A stretch of 64,000 nt of DNA from the human T2T-CHM13v2.0 reference genome, Homo sapiens (GCF_009914755.1 NC_060934.1), one strand, 5' to 3'. Counted from the first letter of the stretch, positions 14,931 through 27,825 are shown. A program made the numbers and translations. Notes: generated by a model from the sequence alone, not told the origin.

Positions 14931-17204
14931 ATGCTTTAGTTTAAATTCAGAATTGGGTTCCTGTTTCTTGCAACTGTATTCAATTAACACCTGGCCATAA
15001 CCCAGGCATGGGACTCCTCAATCTGCGGTGCTCTTTCCACTTGGTCATGCTGCTGCTATAACCTAGCGATGGTCAGGACGGCGATGGCCAGCGCCCCGGG
15101 AACCCCAGTAACATCACAACATAGCCACGAAGTGATAGCTACTTGATTCTGAAAATAGGACCTGCTGGGAATCTCGGGGTAAATGTGTTGTCATCTGCTT
15201 TGATTTTTCGCGAGGCAGCCGTAGGTGTCAGCCTGGAAAATTCTAGCAGCCTGGCTTGCCAGAGCTAGCTTGGTGTTTGTTCATGGAAGGCAGTACCTGG
15301 CTGGCTGCTTCTCAGTCACCTGACCGTCCAAGATGGGTCTTGGCATTTGCTTGTGTTGAAATCATGTTCTTATTTAGCTAAATATTGATACAACAGAGCA
15401 ATTCCTTTTGTATATGCAGGATGGATGAATTGAAGTGAAAGATCAGTTTGTCAGCCCTTAAAAAAAATGACCGGTCTGATCATACTGTTTTATGCCAGCG
15501 AGGTGTGTGTGTGTGCAGAGATTGGGGAGGGGAAAGCTTTTATTGGCAAGACTATCTGAAGGTCTCATTCAGCGGAATATTTTGTTGAATAGAATCTAGC
15601 ATGCGCAGTTTCAAAAATATCCATTTACTCACAGAGTCCTCAAACCCTTACACAAGATGAAGAGATGAATGAGACTGTCTGATCTGTCGCCGAGGGCTCA
15701 GTTTTGTTTCTGGAAGGTCTCCCTCTCTCTTCAGGGATGGCAGCTGCTCTTTCAGCCTGGACAATGCTGGCTGGCTTTCCCCGACCAGGGCTTTTGTCCA
15801 GAGCTGTTGCTTTTACCTGGGCTTGGTCTTCAAGGGAAAAAGAGGTGGGAGGAGGAGGGGAGCTCAGAAGAAGGAAGCCCCTGTCTTTGGCCTGCACTGT
15901 GTTCTTTCACTCTGAGGAGTGGTCCCAAGACCCTCCCTCCAGTTCCCAGATCACTTTCATGTTGGGAGCTGCAAAGTGGAATTCTAAGGAATTGACCTGG
16001 ATTCGAATATGGAAGTATCCTCTTCCCCTTAAGCAATGCTCAAGAAGGAATTGTTTCTTGATAATCAGGTAACATTCAAATGTTATATAAACTTTAGATT
16101 TCCAGGATGAGTGTTGTATTTAGAGCAAAGGCTCTTGTTTGGAGGCAGTGCTCCATGAAGGTAGGCCTGGTTCTATGGAATTTCCAGCTCTAGCTGTCAT
16201 GAATGGGCTGGTTACCTTGGGCGAGCCACTTTAGCTCTCTGGGCTTTAGCTGGGATAAGTGTGTTGGAATAGGATATGATCTCTAAATTTTCTTCCAACT
16301 TCCAAGATTTTGTGGCCTTTGCAATTTATTATTTCAAGCCCTTAAATTATCTCCAGTAAAACTTGAGCAAATGTAACCATTTAATGATATACTGGGAACC
16401 ATATCTATAGTACCTCTTTATTACAAGATGCTTATGTTTTAGTTAGAGATATACTCACATGTTCACATATGGGTGTATATATGTGTGTATGTGTATATTA
16501 TGTATGTGTGTGGATGCTGATCTTAAACTATTTTGTTGTCGTAGTTCATAGAAGTAAAAACCTGAAAATATTTAAACCAGATCACAAATACAGGGAAATA
16601 GGCTCTTAGGGTCTGCATTTTCCAGCTACCTGACTCTTGCTTTGGGGCCAATTTCCACGCCCTTCTTTCACACGGTGTGTCAGCTGTGGAGGTGTTTAAT
16701 TCAGCATTGTGTGGAGCAGAGCTTTTCCGACTGTGCTCTGTGGGACTCTAGAGACCAAGAAAGTACTTGAAAAAACGTTTTTAAGCCGAACTAGTACACA
16801 GTCGAGGAGCTCGGCAGGGTCCTGTTTTTGTGGCCAGCACAGTCTGTCCCCACCTGGGGTTACGTTGTTCCCTCTTTCCTGCTTGGTTGTACACACCGCA
16901 CTGTGTGCTATTGGATACCATTAGCACATTGATTGCCTGGTACGGATAGATTAATTCGGTTGGTACAGCTGGTTGACCCTCCTGCCCTGTCTGCCTTATT
17001 AAAAATTATTGCATGAACACAGGACAGGCCGTTAAAAATCAGGGGCTGTTTGTAATGACTCATGGGTGCATCTCAGGACTCTTCCCAGTGATGTGCAGCG
17101 GGGGGAGAAACCAACGGGCATCCGGCTACCTCATGTCTCCAGCCCCCAGTGTCAGGTTTTTGAGTTCCTCCAAACAACTTAATTGCTCTCGATGATGGAC
17201 CTTA

Positions 17205-17273
17205 TACAAGCATATTGTAAATTGCTATTACATTACATATCGTAAAATGCTATTACAAGCATATTGTAAATTG
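17205..17273. repeat. ~23-bp degenerate tandem repeat, about 3 copies
   Basis: TACAAGCATATTGTAAATTG occurs twice with a degenerate copy in between. Confidence 0.7.
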
Positions 17274-17463
17274 AGCTTGCTGAAAATGTTTGGAAGCCAC
17301 AGATGTAGCGAAAAGGGCACAGATTTTAGAGACAGGCAGTTCTGGATTTGAGACTTAGCTTCCATCATTTAGTAACCATACGGCCTCTGGCAAAGGAATT
17401 TGCACCTCTAATGCCTAATTGTCTCATCTGTAAAATGGGCCTGCTGTCTGGCAGCCAGGACCC

Positions 17464-17624
17464 TTTTTTTTTTTTAAGAGTCGAGGTCTCGCTCTGTCAT
17501 TCAGTCTGGAGTATAGTTGTGCGATCATAGCTTGCTGCAGTCTCAAACTCCTGGACGAAGCGATCCTCCTGAGTCTGCCTCCACGTAGCTGGGATTACAA
17601 GTGTGCACCACGATACCTGGCTAG
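17464..17624 (-). mobile_element. Alu right-arm monomer
   Basis: Single antisense arm. Confidence 0.75.
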
Positions 17625-17753
17625 GCAGGACGTTTCTGAAGACCTTAGATGTGTGTACAGTGGGCCTACTCCTGTGCCCGACACATAACAGTATATTCAA
17701 CAAATGCTGGTAATTATCATGCTTTTCATGCTGAGAATTAAAGTGTTACAAGC

Positions 17754-17979
17754 CAGGGGTGTCCAATCTTTTGGCTTCCCTGGGCCACATTGGAACAAGA
17801 AGAATTGTCTTGGGCCACACATAAAATACACTAACACTAATGATAGCTGATGAGCTGGAAAAAAAAAATCACAACAAAATCTCATAGTGTTTTAAGAAAA
17901 TTTACGAATTTATGTTGGGCCGCATTCAAAGCTGTCCTGGGCCGCATGCAGCCCATAGGCCGTGGGTTGGACAAGGTTG
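17754..17979 (+). mobile_element. MER30 hAT-Charlie MITE
   Basis: CAGGGGTGTCCAATCTTTTGGCTTCCCTGGGCCACATTGGAA ... GGGTTGGACAAG.TTG matches the recalled consensus along its length. Confidence 0.9.
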
Positions 17980-18399
17980 GTTTACACTATAGAAATATAG
18001 ATATTTTATTGCATTTGCATATTTACTTCTGTGGTGGACATAGCATATGCATAGTCTGATAAATATATTTGCCTATAATTTAGAGATATTTCAGCAGATT
18101 GTAATGACAACATTTCTCTTTCTGCTACATTTTTGTAGCAAATTAAATTAATTTTCTTTTCTTTCATTTTTAAAATGTGTGGAGCCTTAACAGAATAATT
18201 TCTTGTACTTTGGGTTTTTTCTAGTAGGAAAAGAAATATCAAACAGCCGGTGGGAATTGTGCTTATACACTGGGCCTCCAAAGTGCTGCTTTATTTTTAT
18301 GTACAGACTCGTTGGGGGTGGACTGCCGAAATCCTTGCTCTTAGAAATGTATTTGAGCCCCTGGGAAACTGGATAGGGAAAAAAGAGCTAATTAAAAAA

Positions 18400-19020
18400 G
18401 CTGCCATCCACCTCCTCTAATTAACTTGCTGTCTGCTCCCAAGAGAGGGTTCAGAAATATGAAAACAAGACAGGCAGCACCGGAAGTGAATGCCATTCTC
18501 GTGGTCTGTGGTGGTCCCTGGTGTTTTGATGCAGAGATCGTTCATAGTAAACAGGCAAGGGACCACAAAGAGGCTTGGTGTGCCCTGGCCCACCCCATGC
18601 TCTGCCTTCCACACAGGGCGATCGTGAACGGCGGTCCCTCTGAGCAGGTGCACAGGCTGGGCAGTTGCTGCAGCGGAGAACTCATTGGAATTCAGCGGCT
18701 AGAACCGAGGGGCATCCGGCCCTCCCTGTTGCTTGCTTGTGCTGTTGAGAAAGAGCAGAGCCCTTTGTGCTTCAGAGCCTGCTGTCGCCAGTGCCCAGGA
18801 ATGCAGAAGCCAGGGGATGGACGAGTACTCAGGCTTTCCTCGAATCTCTGCTTGAGTGGGGCAGCCTCGGGGCCTCCGGACGCTGGAGAAGCTCACAGCA
18901 TCTGTGGCCGGTGGTGCAGCTAACTTTTTTGGTGACATTGAAAGAGATTTAGGTCCAAGAGATACGAGCAGGGGAATTAGGGGTGGGAATTTGGGGGACA
19001 GAGGCTGTTCTTCAGCGGAA
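18400..19020 (+). promoter_or_regulatory. Candidate internal promoter / 5'UTR for the exon at 19021
   Basis: Repeat-free with local CpG retention. Perfect ETS/GABPA motif ACCGGAAGTG at 18479-18488. Sits directly upstream of a first-exon-like ATG. Confidence 0.5.
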
Positions 19021-19139
19021 ATGGCCTATGCCTCCTGGCAGAGGTGGTCCCCAGTGGAATGGGCCCGGTGGATGTGGACAGCGGTGACCAGCAGTGGGGA
19101 CTCCAGTCTGCTGGTGCTTCAGGGAGACTCTGGAAAAAG
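19021..19139 (+). CDS. TACC2: Putative alternative first coding exon of TACC2 (MAYASWQRWSPVEWARWMWTAVTSSGDSSLLVLQGDSGK-R), GC donor
   Basis: Strong Kozak context (gaaATGG). Resembles the TACC1 N-terminus as recalled (MAFSPWQILSPVQWAKWTWSAV). Ends AAG|GCAAGT, the GC-donor consensus. 39 codons + AG join the G at 21382 to give AGG (Arg), in frame with SSDSEE. Confidence 0.8.
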
Positions 19140-20255
19140 GCAAGTTATCTCTGTGTATCTTGTCAGTGTTGCTCATGATGGTGCAGTGCTGGGGGCCTGG
19201 TGAGGAAGCTGGGTTCCCGGGGCAGCACCCGGGGCAGCACCCAGGGCTCGCCAGGCTGATCTGAACTCTCATTCTTCTTTGCTCCTCAGTTGTGTGACCT
19301 CCTTTTGTTTTCCACACCGATAAACAGATGCTTCAGGTACCTCGATCTGTTGTTGTGCAAGTGCGGATCTTTCCTTCTCCCCATAGACAAAAGCTAAGCC
19401 CTTTGATATTAATGAGTGTTTGTAAGAAGTCAGTATCTTCTGTTGGGTTTGCATGAATTATTTCCTCATGAAATTTAATAGTAGACTAGGTTTGGCTCAT
19501 TGGATCCCATCAAAAGCAGCTATGATGTTTCTTTTAAACCCTTTGGTTCCCTGGAGGCTTTGTGGCTGGTTGGAGGAGCCAAGGTCCTTGGGGGGTGGAG
19601 GGGCAAGGGTGCTGATGAAGTAAGTCACTGACAAACTAGTTGTAAAAGCATTGATACAGATTTTCTGAAGGGAACTCACCAAATAGCTCTTTCTTCAGGT
19701 CCCAGTGGATAGTGGAGGGATTGGTTTGGTTCCTGGTGCTCTCTGCCAGCTGGCTGGTGGTCTTTAGAAGATGGTGGCCTCTACTGGGGTCCCTGGTTCT
19801 TTGATCTTTTTGGAAGCTCAGCAACGTGAGCATCTCTCAGCATTGGGTTGCACGGCTCGGTGACACCGGTGCAGCTTGGTGCACACACTGTCCGTACTCA
19901 CCTGCCAGGTCACCCCGATTTCATGTCTTCACCAGATTTGCTTGCTGGGATCATTCGTGCCATTCAGCCACTCTAAGTTTCCATTCTCTTAATAATTAGC
20001 CCCCTCGTTGCAAATGAATAAATCAGTATTTCAGTCTGTTTAACCCTTCCAAAATGGGACTCAGCCCAACTGCGACTGCTGCTGCCAGGCTAGCTGTTCT
20101 CCAAGGCAAGGCTGGGCTCAGGACCGTGGGCCCTTGGGCATCTTGAGCATAGGTGGAGCTGGCTTAGTACTGGGGGAAGCCTTATTCTTTCTGGCTTAAA
20201 ATTGAGTCACCGGTGGAAGCAGGGTGATGGGGAGGGCTGTCTGTTGGTTCTTCGT

Positions 20256-20565
20256 TTTCTTCTTTTTATTTTTTTAAGAGACAGGGTCTTGCTCTATCAC
20301 CTAGGCTGGGATGCACTGGCACAGTCATAGCTCACTGCAGCCTCAAACTTCTGGGCTTAAGTGATCCTCCTGCCTCACCCTCCCTAGTAGCTGAGACCAT
20401 AGGCACATGCCACCAAGCCTGGGTAATTTTTTATTTTTATCTTTTTATAGAAATAGGGCCTCACTGTGTTGCCCAGGCTGGTCTCAAATGCCTGACATCA
20501 AGCGATCCTCCCACCTGAGTCTCCCAAAGCGCTGGGATTAGAGGCATGAGCCACCGCACCTGGCC
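20256..20565 (-). mobile_element. Alu (J-like)
   Basis: Antisense dimer. Confidence 0.9.
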
Positions 20566-21381
20566 TGTTGGTTCCTCTTCAACCCAGGCCAAGGCTTGGC
20601 CAGTGGCCTCTCCTTGTTAGTGGGCAGAGTTTCTCCACATGGATTTTTGGTCCAGTTCTCTGGGTGAAGAGTCTTCCTTGAGAACAGACTTTCCTGCAGA
20701 CCAGCGAGGGCCATTTTCACTGTGTCGGGGTTGGTGGCCGTGCTTTGTGTCTTGGTCTGATGCACCCTCTGCCTGGCCGGCTTGCTGGCTTCCTTCGTTC
20801 ACTCCATTCACCCACTCAACACATGTTCATTCCCGGCCCTCCACTGTAGGCTTGGAGATACTGTGATAAACAAGGCCGGCTGCCCTCCTGTGTTTTGAGC
20901 TCCGTAGAAGAGAAAGACAGTAAACACTACTAGAATAAGTCTATACTCACAAGTTATGAGAGGCGCTGAGAAGGCAGGACAGTAGAGAGGATGATGGGGT
21001 GGGATCATGTGGGTGAGTTGGCACAATGGCATCGAACATGCAGAATGCCTCTCTCTCTCTATTTGAATCAATACCTAATAATGAACGCGTGCGGAAGTTC
21101 ATCCAGAGTCCGCTGTGTGTGTATTTGCCACTAAGGCGAGAAGCGTGTATTTCCAGTAGAGCCGAGTTCAAAGAATACATCATTTGTGTGCAATCAGAGC
21201 CAGTGATAAGATTCAACCTTAGGAATCACGACTGAGAAAATGACTTTCCTCTCATCTGTCCCTGCACAGTTTAACTGAGCAGCGAGCCAGAACCCACTGG
21301 CTCTGGGTGCGAAGGCCACACCGGCTCAGCAGAACTGGCTCTGGGCCCCTGTCTAACCTGTGCTTCTCCCTCTCTCATCAG

Positions 21382-21518
21382 GAGTTCCGATTCTGAAGAG
21401 GCATTTGAGACCCCGGAGTCAACGACCCCTGTCAAAGCTCCGCCAGCTCCACCCCCACCACCCCCCGAAGTCATCCCAGAACCCGAGGTCAGCACACAGC
21501 CACCCCCGGAAGAACCAG
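21382..21518 (+). CDS. TACC2: TACC2 internal exon, 137 nt (SSDSEEAFETPESTTPVKAPPAPPPPPPEVIPEPEVSTQPPPEEP)
   Basis: Acceptor ttctccctctctcatcag|G, donor CAG|gtaacc, phase 2 in / 1 out. Recognised TACC2 peptide; not shown in this frame in the ORF track. Confidence 0.95.
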
Positions 21519-23036
21519 GTAACCAAGGGCAGGGAGGCCCCCAGACAGCCCTGTAGAGTTGTGAGCCCTGGGGGAGATTTGCAGCAGTTCCTCCTGGGTC
21601 AGGCTGGAGGCGAGCACTGACTCGACCTCTTGGCTTTGAGTTGTGCTTGACGTGGCTTTTGTAGTTTTCTTGAAAATGAAGGGTGAACAGATACACTGGA
21701 TTATTTTGCATTTGCTTTGCAGAATTTTAGGGGGGGCCTCTGGGGAGATTGGGTTTGGAGGAGGGCAGTGGGTCTCGGAAGTTCACAGCACAGTCTTGGA
21801 TTCCAGCACTTGGCCCCTTGCTCTTTTAAGAACATTAGCTGTGGACAGGCCTGTGAATCTACATGTGTATTTCCAGCACTAGGCTTGGGGAAGGAAGGTA
21901 GTCAGTGGGCGGGGATAGAGAGGTAGACATTCACAGCAGATCATGGTGGTTTGTTTATTCCTCATGAATCTCGTGTCACCTGATTTCATATCACTTTCCC
22001 ACAACTTTCTCCCTTAGTGTGAGTGAAAACACCTTTATGTTCCTTTTAGACGGGTGGTTAGTGGACAGGTGGAATAGATCTCGTCCCCACCCCACCCCTG
22101 TGGGGCATGCATTCTGCGCCTCCCAGTTACACCAGCACAGAGAACCACCTCTCACATGGAAGATTCACAGGAGACTGGAAGAGATAGGGCCTGCCAGAAA
22201 TGGTCCCACAGGCTGGCCAGGGGGCCCAGGTGGTATTGTCCTTGGGCCTGGACAGCTCTGGGCCCCACAACTTACAGGACCCCACTTTGGCCTTCCTTGG
22301 CCCACAGCCTTCCCGTGTGATGAGAAGTCTGCAGGGCCAAACCCCTTCTAGACCACACGCTGGATACCTGGGAGCGGCCACTGCCAGGGGCCCCCTCGTC
22401 CCCTTCTCTGGCTCTTCCTCCCGAGGGCAAACTGTACCTGAGAAGGAACCAAGGATGGGGCTGGGTGCCTCCACTGTGTACTTGCCCTGGCCAGGAGCCA
22501 GGTAAACTGAACAATACAATAACATTTTGACCTTGATGTTGGTTTTAGAAAGAAATGGGTGGAATTCTTTTTATCCGCCGTGGGTTCGAGCAGCCCGTTG
22601 TTTTGGAAAGGATGTACACTCCCGGAGCTTTGTTCCTAAACCAGCAAACCCCCGTGCTGGGACAAGGGGGCAGGACAGTTTTAATGAGAGCTGATGCCTT
22701 TGGTGGAGTCTGCCGAATACTGCTCCCATGTCCCCCGTCTTTGACGGCTCATCAGTCTGCAGCAGTGTCTGGATTTTGCTGAGTCAGTGTAGATGCCAGA
22801 CTCTGGGAGGATAGTGACGGATATTTCTTTGATTTGAAAGTAGAGAAGAGCCAGGAGGGCTGTCTGTAGTTCTCAGAGCATCGTTTGCATCTCTTCCTTT
22901 ATTTTGTATGACCAAGCATATAAAACTGTATTTCTCGTAATATTTTTAAAAACTTACCCATAATTTTTAATGGAAAGTGGCTGGATGACAAACACATTGT
23001 AATCTCTAGGTCAAATGTGTGATTAAGAATAAACTA

Positions 23037-23819
<783 letters not shown>

Positions 23820-25531
23820 TCAACAAAGCAGAGAACAATCTCCATTCTTAAAACGAACACGCACAACATCCATCTTTTTCTTAGATGGCAGTTACTAAAA
23901 GAATGAGCATTATTGAGGATTAAAAGATAACCCCCACCAGGGAAGGGGATGGAAACGTTAATTGCTGTGGAGTCACAGCCCCTCAGAACCTTGGATTACA
24001 CCAATTGGAGTGTTTGAACGGGGACTTTATGTTTCTCCTCCTTTGAAAACGGCAGCAAGGCTAGCTGTGTGAGGATTGTACACTCAGGAGACTTACGGTT
24101 GGAACTGTGTCTGCTGAAAGCCCCCCTAGCTTGGGCTGTACAAAGATCCATTTGATTTGCTGCCCTGGTTAGAAAACCGCCTCCCAGGCGGAGGGTCCCC
24201 TCGTCCATTCTGTAGACCAGCATGGGGCATTACGAAGGCGTGGGAAGGCAGCTGTGCTTGCTAGTGTAGGTGGCTGTAGGAGAAGAAAGATTTGTTCTCT
24301 CAACCATAGGAAAGAAGGGTACCAGGGGAAAATCTATTGTTTACTTTCCTCTGCACAGTGCCCGGGATGTTGCGAAAGGTGCTGTGGGAACCACGTGAAT
24401 TAATACACAACACCTTTGGCTGTGAATAAAGATGGTTTTTCCCCCTGGCAACCTACATTTTATAAAGCACTCACTTGCCCTACATTGGGTCCTACCAGCG
24501 TGTCTGGGCTCCCTGGGATGGAAGATGTGTGGGCCAGAGCAGTCCCACGAGCCTGTCCTGAGGGCTGTAGCCTGGACCACACTCCTGAGGCAGAAGATGG
24601 GGCAAAGGATTGCACCTGCTGCCAGCTGGGGCGGGCCAGGACTCAGCTCATCTGAACGCAGTTCCCTTATCTGTGAAATGAAGAGGGTGATCTGTGGGTC
24701 CCTTCAGATCCTTCCAGCTCCGGCCTCCCGAGGTCCTGTGAAGGGAATGGTTGGCTGATGTACAGTGACCGTGTTATTAGAACTCAAAACCGGCCACCAA
24801 GGGTCATAATTACATGTCATGTAATTAAATAATAGCTCCCATTCAAGCATTTGCCTTGTCAGGGCTATGCTAGGTCCTCTGAGTGTTTCATCTCCCACTC
24901 AGGTGAGGGAGGATCAGCCGTATGCACACAGCATCCCTGTATAGTGGATGTCTTCCCCTGATTCCCCAGTGACACGCGGAGGTTACGAACCTCATACGCC
25001 ATCTCACAGCGATAAGGGGACTCTGGTGTCAGAACCCAGGCCTCCCCACTTCCAAGCCCGGCTCCCTTCCATTTGGAACCAGACTGCTCTCTGCGCAGGT
25101 ACAGTGAGCTGGTGCCTTTGTGCGCCTAGCCTGGGGCAGGCCCTTAGTAGGTGTTGAGTGAAAGTTGTTGCTGGACCTGCTGTTGCTTAGATGTGTGCTG
25201 GGGCAGTCCTGCCAGCCTGTCCTGAGAGCTGCAGCCTAGGCCACGCCCCCGAGGCAAAGGATGGGGCAAAGGATTGCGAGTCAGTGGGTGATCAGTGGGG
25301 GCGACATGGCAGGAGAGCTGAGGCAGGTCCATTCTGACAGTTGCCCACCTGCCCTTCAGGGACATTGTTCAGCATTGGGGAATGCAGCTTCTTTACTCAT
25401 TCTTGCTAGGAGATTGCCAAGCCCAGGGAAAGGCCCGTGTTGGGGCCTTGGAGGTAATGGGGGCCTCCCTGTGCCCTGCGTGCCTATACCTTTCCTCTGT
25501 CTCCCAGGACATGGTCCCCAGGCACTGATTG

Positions 25532-26620
25532 TGGCACTGCACCTGGGGGCCCGAGCCATTGAGCCAAGGGTATACAGATTCACAGCCACCAGATCCAAGC
25601 ACCAGTGTCCTCGCCAGGCACTCGTTGTGCTCCAAGTGGCTGTTTGTGGACAGCTGTCCTCACATTGACTTGGAATGGAGCTCAGTGCCCAGCCTGGCTG
25701 CAGAGCACACAGTGGCTTCCCTTTTCTTTGGGCCCGCCTCTGGTTTTCGTATACACTGTCACCTGCTTTTGTCTCCAAAGAGGCCATACGTGGGTGCTCC
25801 CTGTAGCCACGGGAGACTTCCTGGCATGGGGTGGGGCATCCCAGAACCCAGCTGAGGCCCTTCCCAGCCTGGGGCAGGGGCACAGGGGTGGGTGTCACCA
25901 TGGCGTGTGAAGAGCAGGGGGCTGTGGTTGCCTTTTCCTGACACCTGCTATGACCTGGGCCAGGTGCTTACAGACTCTCCCTCTTCACCCACACAAGAAT
26001 TCCCTATGACAGCTGATGACAGCACACTGTCTTAGGTCTGATCACACGGCTATCAACGTAACCATAGACCAGGTACCTGTTAGCAACAGAAATGTATTGC
26101 TTACAGTTCTGGAGGCTGGGAAGTCCAAGCTCAGGGCACTGGCAGATTTGGTGTCTAGTGAGGACCTGCTTTCTGTTCATAGACAGCACCTCCTCCCTGT
26201 GTCCTGACATGGTGAAAGGACACACAGTCTTCCTCAGTCCTCTTTCGTAAGGGCACTAATCCACTCATGAGGACACTGCCCCCATGAGCTCATCACCTCC
26301 CAAAGGCCCCACCTCCTGATACCATCACCTTATATGAGGATTTCAACATAGGAATTTCGGGGACACACACATTCGGACCAGAGCACACAGCAAGCTGAGG
26401 GCCGAGCCTTTTCAGGCCTGGATCTGGCTGCCACAGGCACTCGGGCCCTCTTGGGCCGGCTGCTCCCTCTTCACAATGTGAGTGTTTCATGGGCCCAGGA
26501 CCAGGGAACAGGTGAGACCACTGGAGATTCTGATGCAGTCCAGGCAGAGGCTGGCACTGCACCTGGGGGCCCTGGCCATTGAGCCAGGGGTATATGGGTT
26601 CACAGCCACCAGATCCAAGC
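25532..26620 (+). repeat. 69-bp dispersed direct repeat (25532-25600 and 26552-26620)
   Basis: 63/69 identical, ungapped, offset 1020 bp. Confidence 0.9.
26028..26384 (-). mobile_element. MaLR solo LTR (MLT1A-like)
   Basis: cagttctggaggctgggaagtccaag ... atcacctcccaaaggccccacctcc ... gatttcaacata motifs. Confidence 0.8.
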
Positions 26621-26700
26621 CCCGTTCATCCCAGGCTGGAAGGACGATGGAGAGTTTGGGGCCTGCATAGAGCCAGGTGAGGAGACATGAGAGGATGGCG

Positions 26701-27825
26701 ACCTCACCTGCCCACAGTGGCCACATCTACAGTGAGAGGACGGGCACCTCACCTGCCCACAGTGGCTGTGTTCACATGGGGAGGACAGTTACCTCACCTG
26801 CCCACAGTGGCCACATCTACAGTGAGAGGACGGGCACCTCACCTGCCCACAGTGGCTGTGTTCACATGGGGAGGACAGTTACCTCACCTGCCCACAGTGG
26901 CTGCGTTCACATGGGGAGGACGGCCACCTCACCTGCCCACAGTGGCCACATCTATAGTGAGAGGACGGCCACCTCACCTGCCCACAGTGGCCACATTTAC
27001 AGTGAGAGGATGGCCACCTCACCTGCCCACAGTGGCCATGTTCACATGGGGAGGACGGCGACCTCACCTGCCCACAGTGGCCGTGTTCACATGGGGAGGA
27101 CGGCCACCTCACCTGCCCACAGTGGCCATGTTCACATGGGGAGGACGGCGACCTCACCTGCCCACAGTGGCCACATCTACACTGAGAGGATGGCGACCTC
27201 ACCTGCCCACAGTGGCCACATCTACACTGAGAGGACGACCACCTCACCTGCGCACAGTGGCTGTGTTCACACGGGGAGGACGGCGACCTCACCCGCCCAC
27301 AGTGGCCACATCTACAGTGAGAGGACGGCCACCTCACCCGCCCAGAGTGGCCACATCTACAGTGAGAGGACGGCCACCTCACCCGCCCACAGTGGCCACA
27401 TCTACAGTGAGAGGACGGCCACCTCACCTGCCCACAGTGGCCACATCTACAGTGAGAGGACGGCCACCTCACCTGCCCACAGTGGCCACATCTACAGTCA
27501 GAGGATGGCCACCTCACCTGCCCACAGTGGCCACATCTACAGTGAGAGGATGGCCACCTCACCCGCCCACAGTGGCCACATCTACAGTGAGAGGACGGCC
27601 ACCTCACCTGCCCACAGTGGCTGCGTTCACATGGGGAAGACGGCCACCTCACCTGCCCACAGTGGCTGCATTCACATGGGGAGGACGGCCACCTCACCTG
27701 CCCACAGTGGCCACATCTACACTGAGAAGACAGTGACCTCATCTCCCCAGGGTGGCCACATCTACACTGAAAGGATGGCGACGTCACCTGCCCACAGTGG
27801 CTGTGTTCATATGGGGAGGACGGTG
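26701..27825. repeat. 45-bp minisatellite, 25 copies, two unit variants
   Basis: Constant ACCTCACCTGCCCACAGTGGC followed by either CACATCTACAGTGAGAGG or YGTGTTCACATGGGGAGG. The 15-aa periodicity is visible in ORF 26677..27933. Confidence 0.97.

Noticed and set aside
19007-19016. gttcttcag just before the 19021 ATG as an acceptor making this an internal coding exon
   Set aside because: Short pyrimidine tract in a G-rich context. It would need phase-1 entry, whereas upstream TACC2 exons must end in phase 2 to join 21382.
26701-27825. CRISPR-like repeat/spacer appearance
   Set aside because: The variable parts are only two recurring variants, not unique spacers. The context is a human intron with no cas genes.
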